A stretch of 63,152 nt of DNA, filler included, from Bigelowiella natans CCMP2755 (GCA_000320545.1; 8 parts of 8 records of this genome joined end to end with filler, not necessarily neighbours in it); one strand, 5' to 3'; shown: positions 1 to 11,467, counted from the whole stretch's first letter. Program-made: numbers and translations. Notes: generated by a model from the letters alone, not told the origin.

Positions 1-13
1 ATGCTGTGCTACG

Positions 14-2081
14 TACGCGAGGAAGACGATGAAGACAGGCTCGCACCGTTCGGGCACAGATACCTGAGGGTGGGGGGGGGGGGGGTAGGAAAGGGGTTGC
101 TACCCACTCTGTTGGGTTTTGGATTGTGAATTTGTCCTTCGACGACATCAAAGGGGGGTCAGTTGTATCCCCCCTCTCCCCTCCCCTCGGACCCCCCCTC
201 GGAAAGCTGCCGCCATACACACCACGTCCATCTGTCTATGCATCACTCACCCTGTGAACGTGTCGTTGAAGTAAGCGTTGGCTCCAAGCCCACAGGGGTA
301 TCTGATGGGAGATGACGACGACGACGATGATAATAAATGGTTTGGTGGGAGGACATAGTGCTAGTGATAGTGTGTGTGTGTGTGTGCGTGCGTGCGTGTG
401 TGTATGTGTGTGTGTGTGCGTGTACGTGCGTTGTATTCTATGCTAAGGAAATAAACTCGGTCGGAAGATGCACACAAAAATATATGCAGTACAGAATCAA
501 TGAATATTTGCTGACCCTCTTTTTCCTCATTCTTCTTCTTTTTTTGTGTTTGTTGTTGTTGTTGTTGTTGTTGTTGATGATGATGATACTCACAGGATTC
601 TCCCATTTGACGGGCTGGTGAAAGCAGGGTCACAGGAGTCCCTGTGGCAAGTAAGAAAGTAGCTAATGAGGATAAAGTAAAACCGTAATTTTTCAGGGAA
701 ATACTCCTGTGCCCGCCCCCCCCCCCTCCCCCTTTGTACATCCCGAAATTATTTAGGTTGGGTTTTAATGATTTAATACTCAAGAGCGCTGCGGTCAACT
801 TGCTCTCCTGAAACATAGACCAAACAGCAGTAGCAGAAGCACCAGAAGAACGCAATAGAAAGAGTTGAGAAAGACGATTTATGAGTAAACAACGTTCGTA
901 TTGATGATAAGCATTGACGGTTGGACTTATACACCACTAGGCTGCCGCCCCTATGCCTCTCTTTGGTGTGTTTGGTATTGTTACATCCTTGGCCACTACT
1001 ACTACTACTACTACAACTACTACACATCATCATCACCATCATCACTATAATAGCAATAATAGTAATCATCATCATTCATCACCATTCCCTACCTAGAAGT
1101 TGTGCTGGATTGACGGATTTGACGTATCTTCGATGATTTTGATAGATCCCAGTTATTTCATAGTAAACGAATCTAAGATGATACGAATGATGATGATAAT
1201 GGTGATGATGCGAATGACGATGGATGATGAAGGACCATCTGCTTTCATGTCCTGCTACTGAAATTTATTTTGTTGGCTCTGGCGGCTGCTGGCAGTTCAT
1301 GCTTGTGCTAGTATTCTGACATCTCTTCTTACATCGGAGCTTCAATGTCCTCGTCGATGTCAAAGGACACAAGGCCGCCGCTGCTGGTGTGCGTATACCT
1401 TCATAGATACAGCATGACGATGAAGATGTGGACGAGAGGAGGAGCGCATCGAGAAAGGGAAAATCATCTTGGTTTCGTTGTAGCAATCGTGCAGGCACCT
1501 AGGGGACCCTACCCCAAGCCCCAACTCATTCACTCCCTTCACTTACTCCGCGTAAAGCTCTTTGACTTCATATGAGGATGACAGTGCCGATGCGCCGATA
1601 ACCACTACAACAAAATAAATAGAAGGAATATTCATGATCAATGGCGAAGATCATTCGTCGCTGTAACGGGAACGAACGCTGTCTTCTCCTCCAATGGGTT
1701 CTTATGATCTTCCCCCCCGATTGTGATAAGATGTACGCAATGAGTGAGTTGTTTGTTCTAATGGTAATTTGTTACGTGATATGATTCCGTAGGTGACGTA
1801 GGCCACCACGAGCGCAGAAGGCATATGAACCGGTCTCTGCACGCAGCAATTGAATCGCTGCACGGGAGGAGGGGAGTATCAAACCGATAGGTAAAGCAAG
1901 CACGTGTTTGTTAGTTCTCAAGAAGAGTTATCATTTCCATCCTATCTTCCACGCAGCAAGTATATTTGAACAACTCTCGCTTGCTTAATGATGAAGAACA
2001 AGGCGTCGTAACCTGCTGCAGAAACGGATTATTTGCCCCTGGGGGACTTTCCAGCTCCTCTGTGCTATCGTCAATTCTCAT
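14..2081 (-). CDS. CDC50: CDC50/LEM3 family P4-ATPase flippase beta subunit, multi-exon; 3' end runs off the window
   Basis: Manual GT-AG splicing gives ...PGANNPFLQQ|RFNCCVQRP...VIGASALSSS...IDEDIEAP|IFVYYEITGIYQNHRRYVKSVNPAQLLG...DSCDP...YPCGLGANAYFNDTF. This matches CDC50 hallmarks (YQNHRRYVKS; PCGLxANxxFNDTF). Start codon uncertain. Confidence 0.9.
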
Positions 2082-2984
2082 CGAAGGTGAGATGTTGACA
2101 ACGTAAGCAGAACTTTGAGGAGTCCTGAAGGGCGGCCTTGAGGTTTGTGGGTTATTCCTCGCTCACCCCTCACCAATCTATCTCCTTCTAGTCGCGTTCT
2201 GCGGAGGGACGACTCCTTGCTTCCGTTTCAGACCCGCTGGCACTTTGAATAAGGTTGGATGGGGCGGGAAAGCTCCGATTTAGTTCGATTACAATTTTTC
2301 TCTCGAGTGAGAGACGGAAAAGCTAAGTAGGGGCATGACGATGAGCGCAGCAGAAAATCAAGTGATCAAAAGTCGCACAACGCACTGGAACTATTTCCCT
2401 ACAATCTATACACAGCAGTCGCCTCCACCATCCCTCCCCCCCAACCTGCTGGCCAGATGGGCAGGTAGAGTGATCTGTTAGGGAGATTCCTGCAAACCCC
2501 AATCTGCACCGAATCAAGGCCGTATCTTATACTACGACAGGGTATTTTTCCAAGGATAGTTTCCCAATAGGCCCAGCACCCTCCGCCTCCGCGCCACTTG
2601 GAGATTCGAACCTCACCGCCAAATCCGATCGGCAGACATCTCCTTTTTTACGATATCAGCCGCATAAAAAAGGTTTTCGATCGCCTTCCTTGAAACGGCC
2701 CCTGGAGAAACCGTTCGAAATTGTGCCATCGCTGTCTTGGATCGGCGACAATCAAAAGACCTTGTCGCAGATCATCGTCCTTTTACTTTTATGAAGACCT
2801 GTGCATTGCGCTGGCAGCCCGATCCACGATTTTAAAATTACATGTTTGTGTAAAATTCATGTGTATTTTTACAAAAAAATTAGTTTCATTGATTATTTTG
2901 ATGAAAACTAGCCGAGTTTCATTGGATTTTGGGCCACGATAGTCTGAATTTGATGAGCCTGTCGACAAAACCAAAACAAACAGC

Positions 2985-3643
2985 ATGGCGGAAGCAGCTG
3001 AGGCAAAGGACCCCGTGAAAAATGAGTAAGGATTGATTAAGTTGCATGTGTTACAGAAGATACTGGCAAATAATATGAAGGAGTTGAACATTTGGATTAA
3101 TTTTGATGAGGATCTGTCTGATAACTGTATGCAAACATACAAAACTCAAAACGGCGCCGATAACGATGTGCCTCTTATCACTGGAGATTGTTGAACACGG
3201 ATGACAATATTATTAAAAAATTAAGCTATTGAATCACTAATGTAAAACAATTAAACGCTTACACACAACCTTCATCTTATAATCGTTACTTTAGAGCCGT
3301 AGAAGCTGCTGCAGAAGCATCTAAAGTCCCTGGCCCCTCCAATGATCTTAAAGCTCTTCCCGTCAGGGTCTGAAATGATTTCCAATATAGACTGAATTTA
3401 AACTGAACTAATGTGTATTCACGCAACACAGTTATACCTCGACCAGACGGTGACGCCTTTGTTGTTGAAAGCTATGTCGCAACTTGTGACAGTCCGGTAC
3501 TCGGGATGCTCTTAAATAAAGTTTACAAATCTCTTTTTTCTTATTCTCGCATGCCATTTATCAGACCTGAGGATCCAGTCGCATGGCTAGCAGCATGGCT
3601 TATCAAAAATAATCCAAACAACAAAGCCGAAGGAGAGTCATAA
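2985..3643 (+). CDS. DPY30: Dpy-30 motif protein (4 exons reconstructed)
   Basis: Spliced product MAEAAEAKDPVKN...DLKALPVR|LYLDQTVTPLLLKAMSQLVTVR|PEDPVAWLAAWLIKNNP matches the Dpy-30 motif (LPxRxYLDQTVxPxLL...RPxxPxxxLAxxLxxN). Confidence 0.85.
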
Positions 3644-4050
3644 CTATACTGGTAGAGGTGCAAGTTCTACCACGCAGTATGACTTGTTAAATGGACACAC
3701 GTTGATAAAATGCTCATCAATGGCTTATGATAGACATACACGCATTATGTTTATTATGCTTCGTTCATTATTTCTTTATCAATGGTTATATTAATACAAA
3801 AAAATAATAATAAAAGTGCTGACAAGCATGATCGATTATTGCCTGCTCGCCAGGCTAGCACGTATATGTTTTTCATTTTATAGCTAATATGGGCAGTGTT
3901 TCTGCTACTTCATTGGTATGCATGCATGGCGCGGGCGCAGAGATAGCATAGCAACCCACAAAACACACATGAGATGTAGACACACCTAGATACATGTAGT
4001 GTGCGATGCGAAGTGGCTGCTATCTAGCTTCACACATGTGCATGTAATAA

Positions 4051-4179
4051 TGAGACGGATGTAATCAATTGAATCACAAATTTACAAATTTGTTCAATGG
4101 TCATCCTCATGTAGCTGTCCAATGCAGCGGCTACAGCACTAATGTTGAATCCGTTGGGTCGATCTCCGCTGTGCATGCG
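4051..4179 (+). repeat. Dispersed intergenic repeat family (core GAGACGGATGTAATCAAT...TTGTTCAATGGTCATCCT.ATGTAGC), copy A
   Basis: Related copies at about 9930-10044, 10384-10470, 42522-42597 (+) and 53662-53715 (-). Confidence 0.85.
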
Positions 4180-4194
4180 ATGTGCTTCCACAAG

Positions 4195-4881
4195 TCCGTC
4201 AAACCCGGCAACGACGGGGTTGTGAACAGTGCAGCGCTTTGCGACGCGCTTTGAAGCAGCAGGCAGTTGCAGTCAGTCAAAGAAAAGTCATCAGAACTTG
4301 TCCGATGGCCAAACCTGAAAAAATGACCGAAATGTTGACCAAAATGCACAAATGTCCATTTTTGAGGCCTCAAAGTGTGAAAATTCACACCCGTTGTGCA
4401 GCGGATGCACGCTGCGCGTTTGTTCTCTGCCACATTTTGAATGCTTTTGCGTGTGCGTTTGACCAAGTGTGACATGCACGAAAAATTTCAAAGAAATGCG
4501 AGCAAATCCAATGTCCATTGCATCACATGACGCGCTTGGTTGCGAGCAATGGCTTCCAAATGCACATTCTGGCGATTCGTTGCAGGTTTGACGGACTTGT
4601 GTTCATGTGCTGTCCATGCGCGCGTGCATCGCATCTGGACATGCACACGCACTTCACGCATGTGCAGCGTGCCACCACACACAGCACAACAGCCACAGCT
4701 AGTCGTGTTCGACAGCGCACTGAAAGCAGCTCACAGCTCCGTCAAACCTGGTGACGACGGGGTTGTGAACAGTGCAGCGCTTTGCGACGCGCTTTGAAGC
4801 AGCAGGCAGTTGCAGTTGGTCAAAGAAAAGTCATCAGAACTTGTCCGATGGCCAAACCTCAAAAAATGACCGAAACATTGA
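4195..4881 (+). repeat. 144-bp direct repeat pair (4195-4338 and 4738-4881) flanking about 400 bp; possible non-autonomous element
   Basis: Near-identical copies read directly; they differ at 5 sites, 4 of them CA/TG/CG dinucleotide swaps. Confidence 0.9.
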
Positions 4882-5322
4882 TATGTAGCGGGTGCATATG
4901 TGATTGCGACATCATTTCTCGGCTGGCACATGTTGTCGATATCGATCGTATCGTGTGTGCGCGCTCATATACTCAAGACACCATGCAGACGATACTAGAC
5001 AGCGCATTGAAAGTAGCTAGCCCACCCACGTACAGCAGCGTTGTGTGTTCTTTGCGTCGTAACGTTTTCTTTGGGTTGATAGAATCTACGCACTACTGTG
5101 ATTCCAAATGTATCACGAAACACAGTGTTACTATAACGTGCTCAGTGCAGCAACGATCGCCGCGGTAGTGATTCTGCATGAAGTACTTACTATCACAGCC
5201 TTCTCCGTTGGTGCTTCTTCTTTAGCTTATGTCTCTGGAAAAATAGTGTATTAATGAATTCAAGAACGCTATATTCTGCTTTTACTCCGACGCATATGCT
5301 TAAGACGTTCAGTTTCATCTTG

Positions 5323-5363
<41 letters not shown>

Positions 5364-5469
5364 GAGAGTATGTGTGTGTGTGCGCGCGTGTGTGTGATGT
5401 GTTTGTTTGCGTTTTTGTTTTCATAAATGTGACTGAAGATCTCTGTCATTCATTAATATATTTATCGAT

Positions 5470-6107
5470 ACAACCTTGATGCCCTTCTTTCCGAGTGCTT
5501 GAGTGCTATATCTCGAATTTTCCTGCACGAGAGAAACAGCATGGAAGCAAAAGGCATTCCCTCCATCAACGCTGAGTTTAGACCGCTTCGGTCGTTACTG
5601 TTATCTTTACTGCTGCCGCTCCCTTCCAATGGCTCTTTACAATAGCAGCCATTGTGGAAGATGATTCTTATCATATTCATTGTGAAACATTCTTCTGCTT
5701 ATATCTCTCACCATGACTCTCTTTTTCTGTTTCCTTTTTACGTAGGCCGGCATCTCCGGATACCCCTTTTGCCAATTTTTCCATAGCGGCTGATGAGAGG
5801 GGGGGGGGGGAGGGGCAGTGCGGGGAAAACAGAGAGATTTTAAGGCAAGTAACCTCTGATAAATAAACTTGAAAGGGGGGGGGGGTAAACAGAGCTATGA
5901 TTGTTCAAAAGCAGCACCTCTATGTTTCTGTACTCGTCCTCTCTTCCTGGAACGTATTCCTTCGCTCTCGTGAAGTACCTAAGAAGAAGGAGAAGGAGGA
6001 GGCCGATAACAGCCGACTAAGGGATCATCATCGTTTAAGATGAAAAGACGACGACGATGACGATGATATCGACGATATGGCGATGTTGCTGGCAGGCTGT
6101 ATACGTC

Positions 6108-6138
<31 letters not shown>

Positions 6139-6200
6139 CGTGGGAATTGCGTTGAGTCGGGTGGTTTATAGAAACGACCTGAGATATCGTAGTCATCTCA
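5470..6200 (-). CDS. Probable multi-exon gene of unknown function (partial, boundaries approximate)
   Basis: AG/GT-bounded exon-like blocks join in frame (GRFYKPPDSTQFPR|YFTRAKEYVPGREDEYRNIE). No family recognised. Confidence 0.35.
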
Positions 6201-6218
6201 GAAACAACGAAGGCAAAT

Positions 6219-6257
<39 letters not shown>

Positions 6258-6439
6258 GCCCTTTGAACGAGATATAAGAAGAAGAAGAAGAAGAAGAAGA
6301 AGAGAGAGAAGGGTGCAAGTCCCACAGAAACAGCAGCAGCTTCGCAAAGGCCACAACCGATAATATTGATTTGTCTTTACCAACGAAAGGGAGGTGCCGT
6401 GGTGGGTAGAGGAGAATAGTGGGTGATGATCTCTTATCG

Positions 6440-6482
<43 letters not shown>

Positions 6483-6872
6483 TAGGGCTGCCGGATATTT
6501 ACAATCTGCCACAGTAACGTTTATAACTAATACCCCCCTAGTCGCTGAACACTAGTACAAATGGCTTGGGATCGATTAGGCTTCTACTTTCCACCTAAGC
6601 TTTACTCCTCTAAACTTTCTGGACAGGAATTGTCTAATATTCTTGCTTATTTAGGGTGAGGACTCAACTGAATATCTCCTCGTCGTCATCATCATCTGTC
6701 GCATCAGTCGGAGATGATGATAATCTATATAGCCAACCAGGGGGTGTCTGTGATGCTGTCGCGCACCGTTAGAATATCCGCACGAAGAAGAAGAAGGAGA
6801 AGCACGAAGACGCTGCTTTAACGATTTACTTGATTTGTAGCATTTGATTATGATTGTCACATAAGCATCATT

Positions 6873-6972
6873 NNNNNNNNNNNNNNNNNNNNNNNNNNNN
6901 NNNNNNNNNNNNNNNNTTAATTAATTAANNNNNNNNNNNNNNNNNNNNNNNNNNNNNNNNNNNNNNNNNNNN
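6873..6972. other. Artificial contig spacer (N44-TTAATTAATTAA-N44); identical spacers at 12396-12495, 22227-22326, 44807-44906, 52089-52188, 55971-56070, 61368-61467
   Basis: Seven identical 100-bp blocks carrying a six-frame stop linker. Confidence 0.98.
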
Positions 6973-7072
6973 CCCATGGAACAATGACCTACTGCTATCA
7001 ACCACGAAGATATTGGCAAATGCCTCGTTGCTAGGCGAACGACGGCGGCGACGATGATGATGGATAAACGCA

Positions 7073-7206
7073 GGAGAAGAATGCAAAAGCGGCAGTGCCG
7101 GCGGGTCTGAAAGGAGGAGAAAGCTTTAGTGGCAATGTCACATCGAAGGCTCCCACTACAAGCAATAGATGTGCGAATGATAGCGGCAGCAGCAACAGAA
7201 GCACCG

Positions 7207-7240
<34 letters not shown>

Positions 7241-7751
7241 GGGTAGTAGTAGTGGCAGTAGCAATAGCTTTAGAAGAGGAATTAGAGATAATGACAGCAG
7301 CAGTCTTAGTATAAGTAGCAGTAGCAGATGCAGCCCTCATCATGGTTGTAACCCATGCAACAACGTGGAGATTCACAGCTTTGCACAGCGCGAGCGAGGC
7401 GGGGAAGAGGCAGAGATGAGGACAACAACTACCACGGTTAGCTCTCGTCCCCCCTCCACCCCAAGGAGAAGGAAGGATAGATGCAAATTATTACTACCGG
7501 CAGCCCCACCATCCCCTCAATCGACAAAGTTACAGGTAGAGGATGCGGCGGCGATAAGTCGTCGTGAAGATCTCAATAGAGGTCCTAGGAGAATAACAAA
7601 AGGGGCCCAGCCCATTGTCGATGCAGCACTTGTTATTCAAGGCGCATTCGAGCGAGTCTCTGAGAGGCATTCTCTCCGCACCGAAGCAAGAGCGTACAAT
7701 GCGCTACTGTCCCAGCTCATTCTTGATAATAGACACAGCAACTTGACATGA
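7073..7751 (+). CDS. Probable terminal exon of a Ser-rich low-complexity protein
   Basis: Open frame of about 225 codons after a CAG acceptor, with a helical-looking C-terminus (IVDAALVIQGAFERVSERHSLRTEARAYNALLSQLIL). The 5' part is lost at the gap. Confidence 0.4.
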
Positions 7752-8664
7752 CTCAATGATCTTGCTAAAGCTCATCATCGACATACAACATTGCGCAAAT
7801 GAGGTCCACGCGAATGAATTAGCAACCTAACATCAATCCGATGCTGCAGGCGATAGATCCATCTCGGTCTTTAGCAGTGGCCAGTGTGCACCGACATCCT
7901 AGCTCATCATTGCGTTGTCATTGCTGCCTGGCACACTCACGTGCACGCATTTGAATTGATGGAGGCATGAGGCATTGATCGCATCGCTATCATTGCACGA
8001 CTGCATGTCATTGTGGCAGACCATGCTAGCATGCGCCACACGTGCGACACACGCTAGCACGCACAATGTGCATCATGTCATTGTGTTTGTGACAATCATG
8101 TCACATCATGCAACACATCACATCTCTAGATCACTGTGTCTGTCATGATTGACATGCGGTGTCTGCTGGAATGCGTTGCACTGATGCAAATGATGGACAT
8201 GCAATGCACAATGATGCAAGTGTTGCGGCATGCACAGCGTCGTGGAACACACAATGCTGCTGCACAAGCATGGCCTGCTAGCCTGCACGCGGTGTCGTCC
8301 AGGGAGCGGACAAGTCCTCGCTCATCAATGATTTTCACTTGCAGGGAATTCACGGATGAGTCAGCGTGGCCTAGTTTTCATCCTTTCAACCACTCCTGCT
8401 GGATTGCTTCATTCACTCATTCATTCATGCAATCTGTGGAGGCACCGGACCGGGAGAGTTTTGTGCCAGAACGCACATTGAAGGGAAGGGGATGTTCTAA
8501 GGCCGTTTCTAGGAAACGACACTGTAAAACCGTACACAATTTTAACTAAGATTCTTCAGAAACGTTTCAAATGTTACTAGAAACCGTTCTCCTTTTCTGA
8601 AAGAAAGCGCATGTGGGTTGCTAGATCTAGTCACTGGCAACCGCTTCTGTTCAAAGATTCAAAT

Positions 8665-9315
8665 ATGGACGAGGAGCTGCTGAGGGCTTGCCAGAAGGGC
8701 CAAACCGAAGCCGCCAAGCTCTTGATCGAAAAAAAGGCAAACCTTGAGGCCAGACACAAGAATGGATACACTCCTCTCATTAGGGCAACTTACTTTGGCT
8801 ATGCCGACACCGCAAAGCTCTTGATCGACAAAGGGGCAGATGTTGAGGCGAAAAGCTTGGTGGATGAGCAAACCTCTCTCATCAGAGCAGGTTGCGATGG
8901 CCACACCGACTGCGCAAAGCTCCTGATTGAGAAAGGGGCCATCCTTGAGGCGAAAGACAAGTTCGGCGTGACTGCTCTCATCGGAGCAAGTGGGGGAGGC
9001 CACACAGACACCGCAAAGCTCTTGATTGAGAGAGGGGCAAACCTTGATGCGAAAAACAGCTATGGTTTCACCTCTCTCATGAAGGCGAGTATGGAAGGTC
9101 ACCTTCGTGTCGTAAAGCTCTTGATTGAGAACGGGGCAAACCCTTTTATGAAGTGTAACAAAGGAAACACGGCCATGGACTGGGCTAATATGAAATGCGA
9201 TGATTACATGGTGGATGACATAGTGGAAGTTTTAAAAAAGTATATCGGCTCTTATGAAGACGAGAAGGATTTCTTGGGGAAAATGAAGCAGATACTAGAG
9301 GAAGAGAAAAAGTAA
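8665..9315 (+). CDS. Intronless ankyrin-repeat protein (about 5-6 repeats)
   Basis: Repeats of the type GxTPLIxA...GHxDTAKLLIEKGAxLEAKD in the 8611-9315 ORF; likely start MDEELLRAC. Confidence 0.9.
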   Translation: MDEELLRACQKGQTEAAKLLIEKKANLEARHKNGYTPLIRATYFGYADTAKLLIDKGADVEAKSLVDEQTSLIRAGCDGHTDCAKLLIEKGAILEAKDKFGVTALIGASGGGHTDTAKLLIERGANLDAKNSYGFTSLMKASMEGHLRVVKLLIENGANPFMKCNKGNTAMDWANMKCDDYMVDDIVEVLKKYIGSYEDEKDFLGKMKQILEEEKK

Positions 9316-9713
9316 ACCTCAAAGAAACAACCAAAGAAATCGAAGAATCGTTGGAAGAATGTACAAAAAAATCAAAACTAGTAAGGAATCTTGACGTGAA
9401 CGTTTGCTGTGACAAACTGGTTAATCTACTCCAGAGCGACCCCTTGACAACGGCAATTTCTATGAGGTTACTTGAAAAAAAATCAAACAAACAAGAAGGA
9501 AAGAGGAGCACAACTCAGAAAACTCTAGATGATTGGAAAGTAGGCGATATGTGTTTTCGCTTTTTGGCACAAAGATAATATGTTTTGTAAAGCTAGGATG
9601 CGTCGAATATCAAAAATAATGAATACAATATTGTTCGATGTCTCGAATATGGAAATTCTTATGTCTTAGATTTGGAACAAATAGTGCCATTTAATGAAAA
9701 AAACATGATGTAA
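9316..9713 (+). pseudogene. Frameshifted continuation of the ankyrin gene ending in a Tudor-like domain
   Basis: Across frameshifts it reads WKVGDMC/FAFWHKDNMFCKAR.../NEYNIVRCLEYGNSYVLDLEQIVP, resembling the Tudor consensus (WxVGDxCxAxWxxDxxxYxAxI...VxFxDYGN). Confidence 0.6.
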
Positions 9714-9929
9714 CTAAAGAAGTAAGAATCAAGTGTAGAACTTGTCACAAGAATAGAACATTTGAAATGGACGGATGCGCGCTCAGAATTTCAAATCTTT
9801 TCGAAAGTCAAATCGGATAAGAGACACAACTAATATGATGTATGTGAAATGCACAATAATGTTACATATCTATCATCTGATGTAGCTTATTTGGAATCTG
9901 TGGGTGGGTGCAGCGCTAATGAATGTGAT

Positions 9930-10560
9930 CGAGACGGATATATAATCAATCAAATTAAATTTGTTCAATGGCCATCCTCATGTAGCTGTGCAATGCAGCG
10001 GCTACAGCGCTAATGTTGAATCTGTTGGTCTCCGCTATGATGCGTTTCATGCAATCAAATTATAAAATGCATGTTGTTTCGGTCTTGAATGTCGCGCATC
10101 AAAGCGTGTTAATTCCTTCAGATCATCGCAAGTCAATCTTTTCGTTTCGTCGTCGCGTATCACTATGGCAGTGAGTTGATTCCTCTGTAGCAGCGTTGAT
10201 GTGTGATGTGCAATGGGTAAGGAAGCAAATGACCCACATCCTTGATGAATGACGTAATCACATTGCACAATGTGCATGACATTATTACATGCCTGTCATC
10301 ACAGTCGATCTAGCAGTGGCGTCGTCTAGCTAGCCAAGTCATGATGTCCATTGTGCCTGCTAGCATCACTCGTCATGCATGTGTGAGACGGATGTAATGC
10401 GCATGAATCGATTAAATTTTTTCAATATAGTCATCCTGATGCATCATGCAATGCAGCGGCTATAGCGCTTACATTGCATGAGACGAATATAATGTGATAA
10501 TCTGATGGAATCTTTTTAACAACCATCCTGATGTAGCTTTGCAGAGCAGTGGCTACATGC
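9930..10560 (+). repeat. Cluster of dispersed-repeat copies (B 9930-10044, C 10384-10470, partial about 10479-10560)
   Basis: Shared GAGACGGA...CATCCT.ATGTAGC...GCGGCTA core with copy A. Confidence 0.75.
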
Positions 10561-11142
10561 AGTGCTTGTGTCGCATCTATTTCATTCGTCACACATGTGT
10601 GACAGCATTTATTTAACTCGCTCAGCACGTACAGCACTGTGCGAGCCATGCTAGCATGGTCGCAATATAAACTTTAAAAAAATGCTACACCTAATTTGAC
10701 ACACAAGCGAATACATGTCACACCACAATTTTCATCTATGACAATCGATTAGCTTATTCATGTAATAAATATATGATCGTAGCGTTGATCGTAGCATGCT
10801 AGCATGTGACAAAACTCATGCACGTGTGAATTCCGAATGCAATTCACGCATGGGCATCAGAAGTTTTTATTACGCTAGATAACGCCATGTCCAGATTTGT
10901 GTGCATACGTGTGGTGTCGAGCAATGATGAACGAGTAAAAGTGACAAAATAATGCGCCGGCGACGCAAGGATCGTCTTCGCTCAATGACGCAGAGTACTG
11001 GCGGGTGGAATGTGTCTGCACGTGCATTGCAAATTTAGGTTCGGTGTCGGGTAAGGTGTGTATCGCTTCTTAACTATACACATGGGATGCAAAATGAGAT
11101 GCCATGTAAGCAGCAAATCTTGGTTCTGTCATCCTGTAGGAA

Positions 11143-11422
11143 CTACGAATCATCGTGCTTGTTGTATAGTTTCCTCTGCTTTTCTCTGAGCTGTTCAAGA
11201 GACTCGTCTTTCTTTGCCCATTCTAGCACTAAGTGCCTCCCATATCTGAATATTAAAACATAAAAAAAATTCAGCGCTAAATTTGATTGACACAAGCATA
11301 GGCCACAACCATTTCAATGACTAACATACAATTTGTAAGTTTTGGTAAGATACTATATACTCTCTTTCCTCTTCTCGCTCCCTCTCTCTCTTTCCTGTGT
11401 GTGTGTGTGTGTTTGTGTATGT

Positions 11423-11467
<45 letters not shown>

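Noticed and set aside
337-1136. Poly-Leu, poly-His, VCVC, ERER and YIYI ORFs here and throughout the window
   Set aside because: Translations of intronic microsatellites.
4142-4882. Ordinary CpG methylation decay as the cause of the TG/CA excess
   Set aside because: CpG remains abundant, TpA is lost instead of gained, and the telomere and Tyr-codon evidence points away from TA.
4069-5168. Dense overlapping Cys/His/Met-rich ORFs in many frames (also 8126-8549, 32610-33374, 37555-38712, 56290-57699)
   Set aside because: A by-product of TpA loss, which removes TAA/TAG stops and Tyr codons. No coherent protein apart from the kinase remnant.
6917-6928. TTAATTAATTAA motif repeated seven times
   Set aside because: Always centred in N runs of identical length; it is an artificial six-frame-stop linker.
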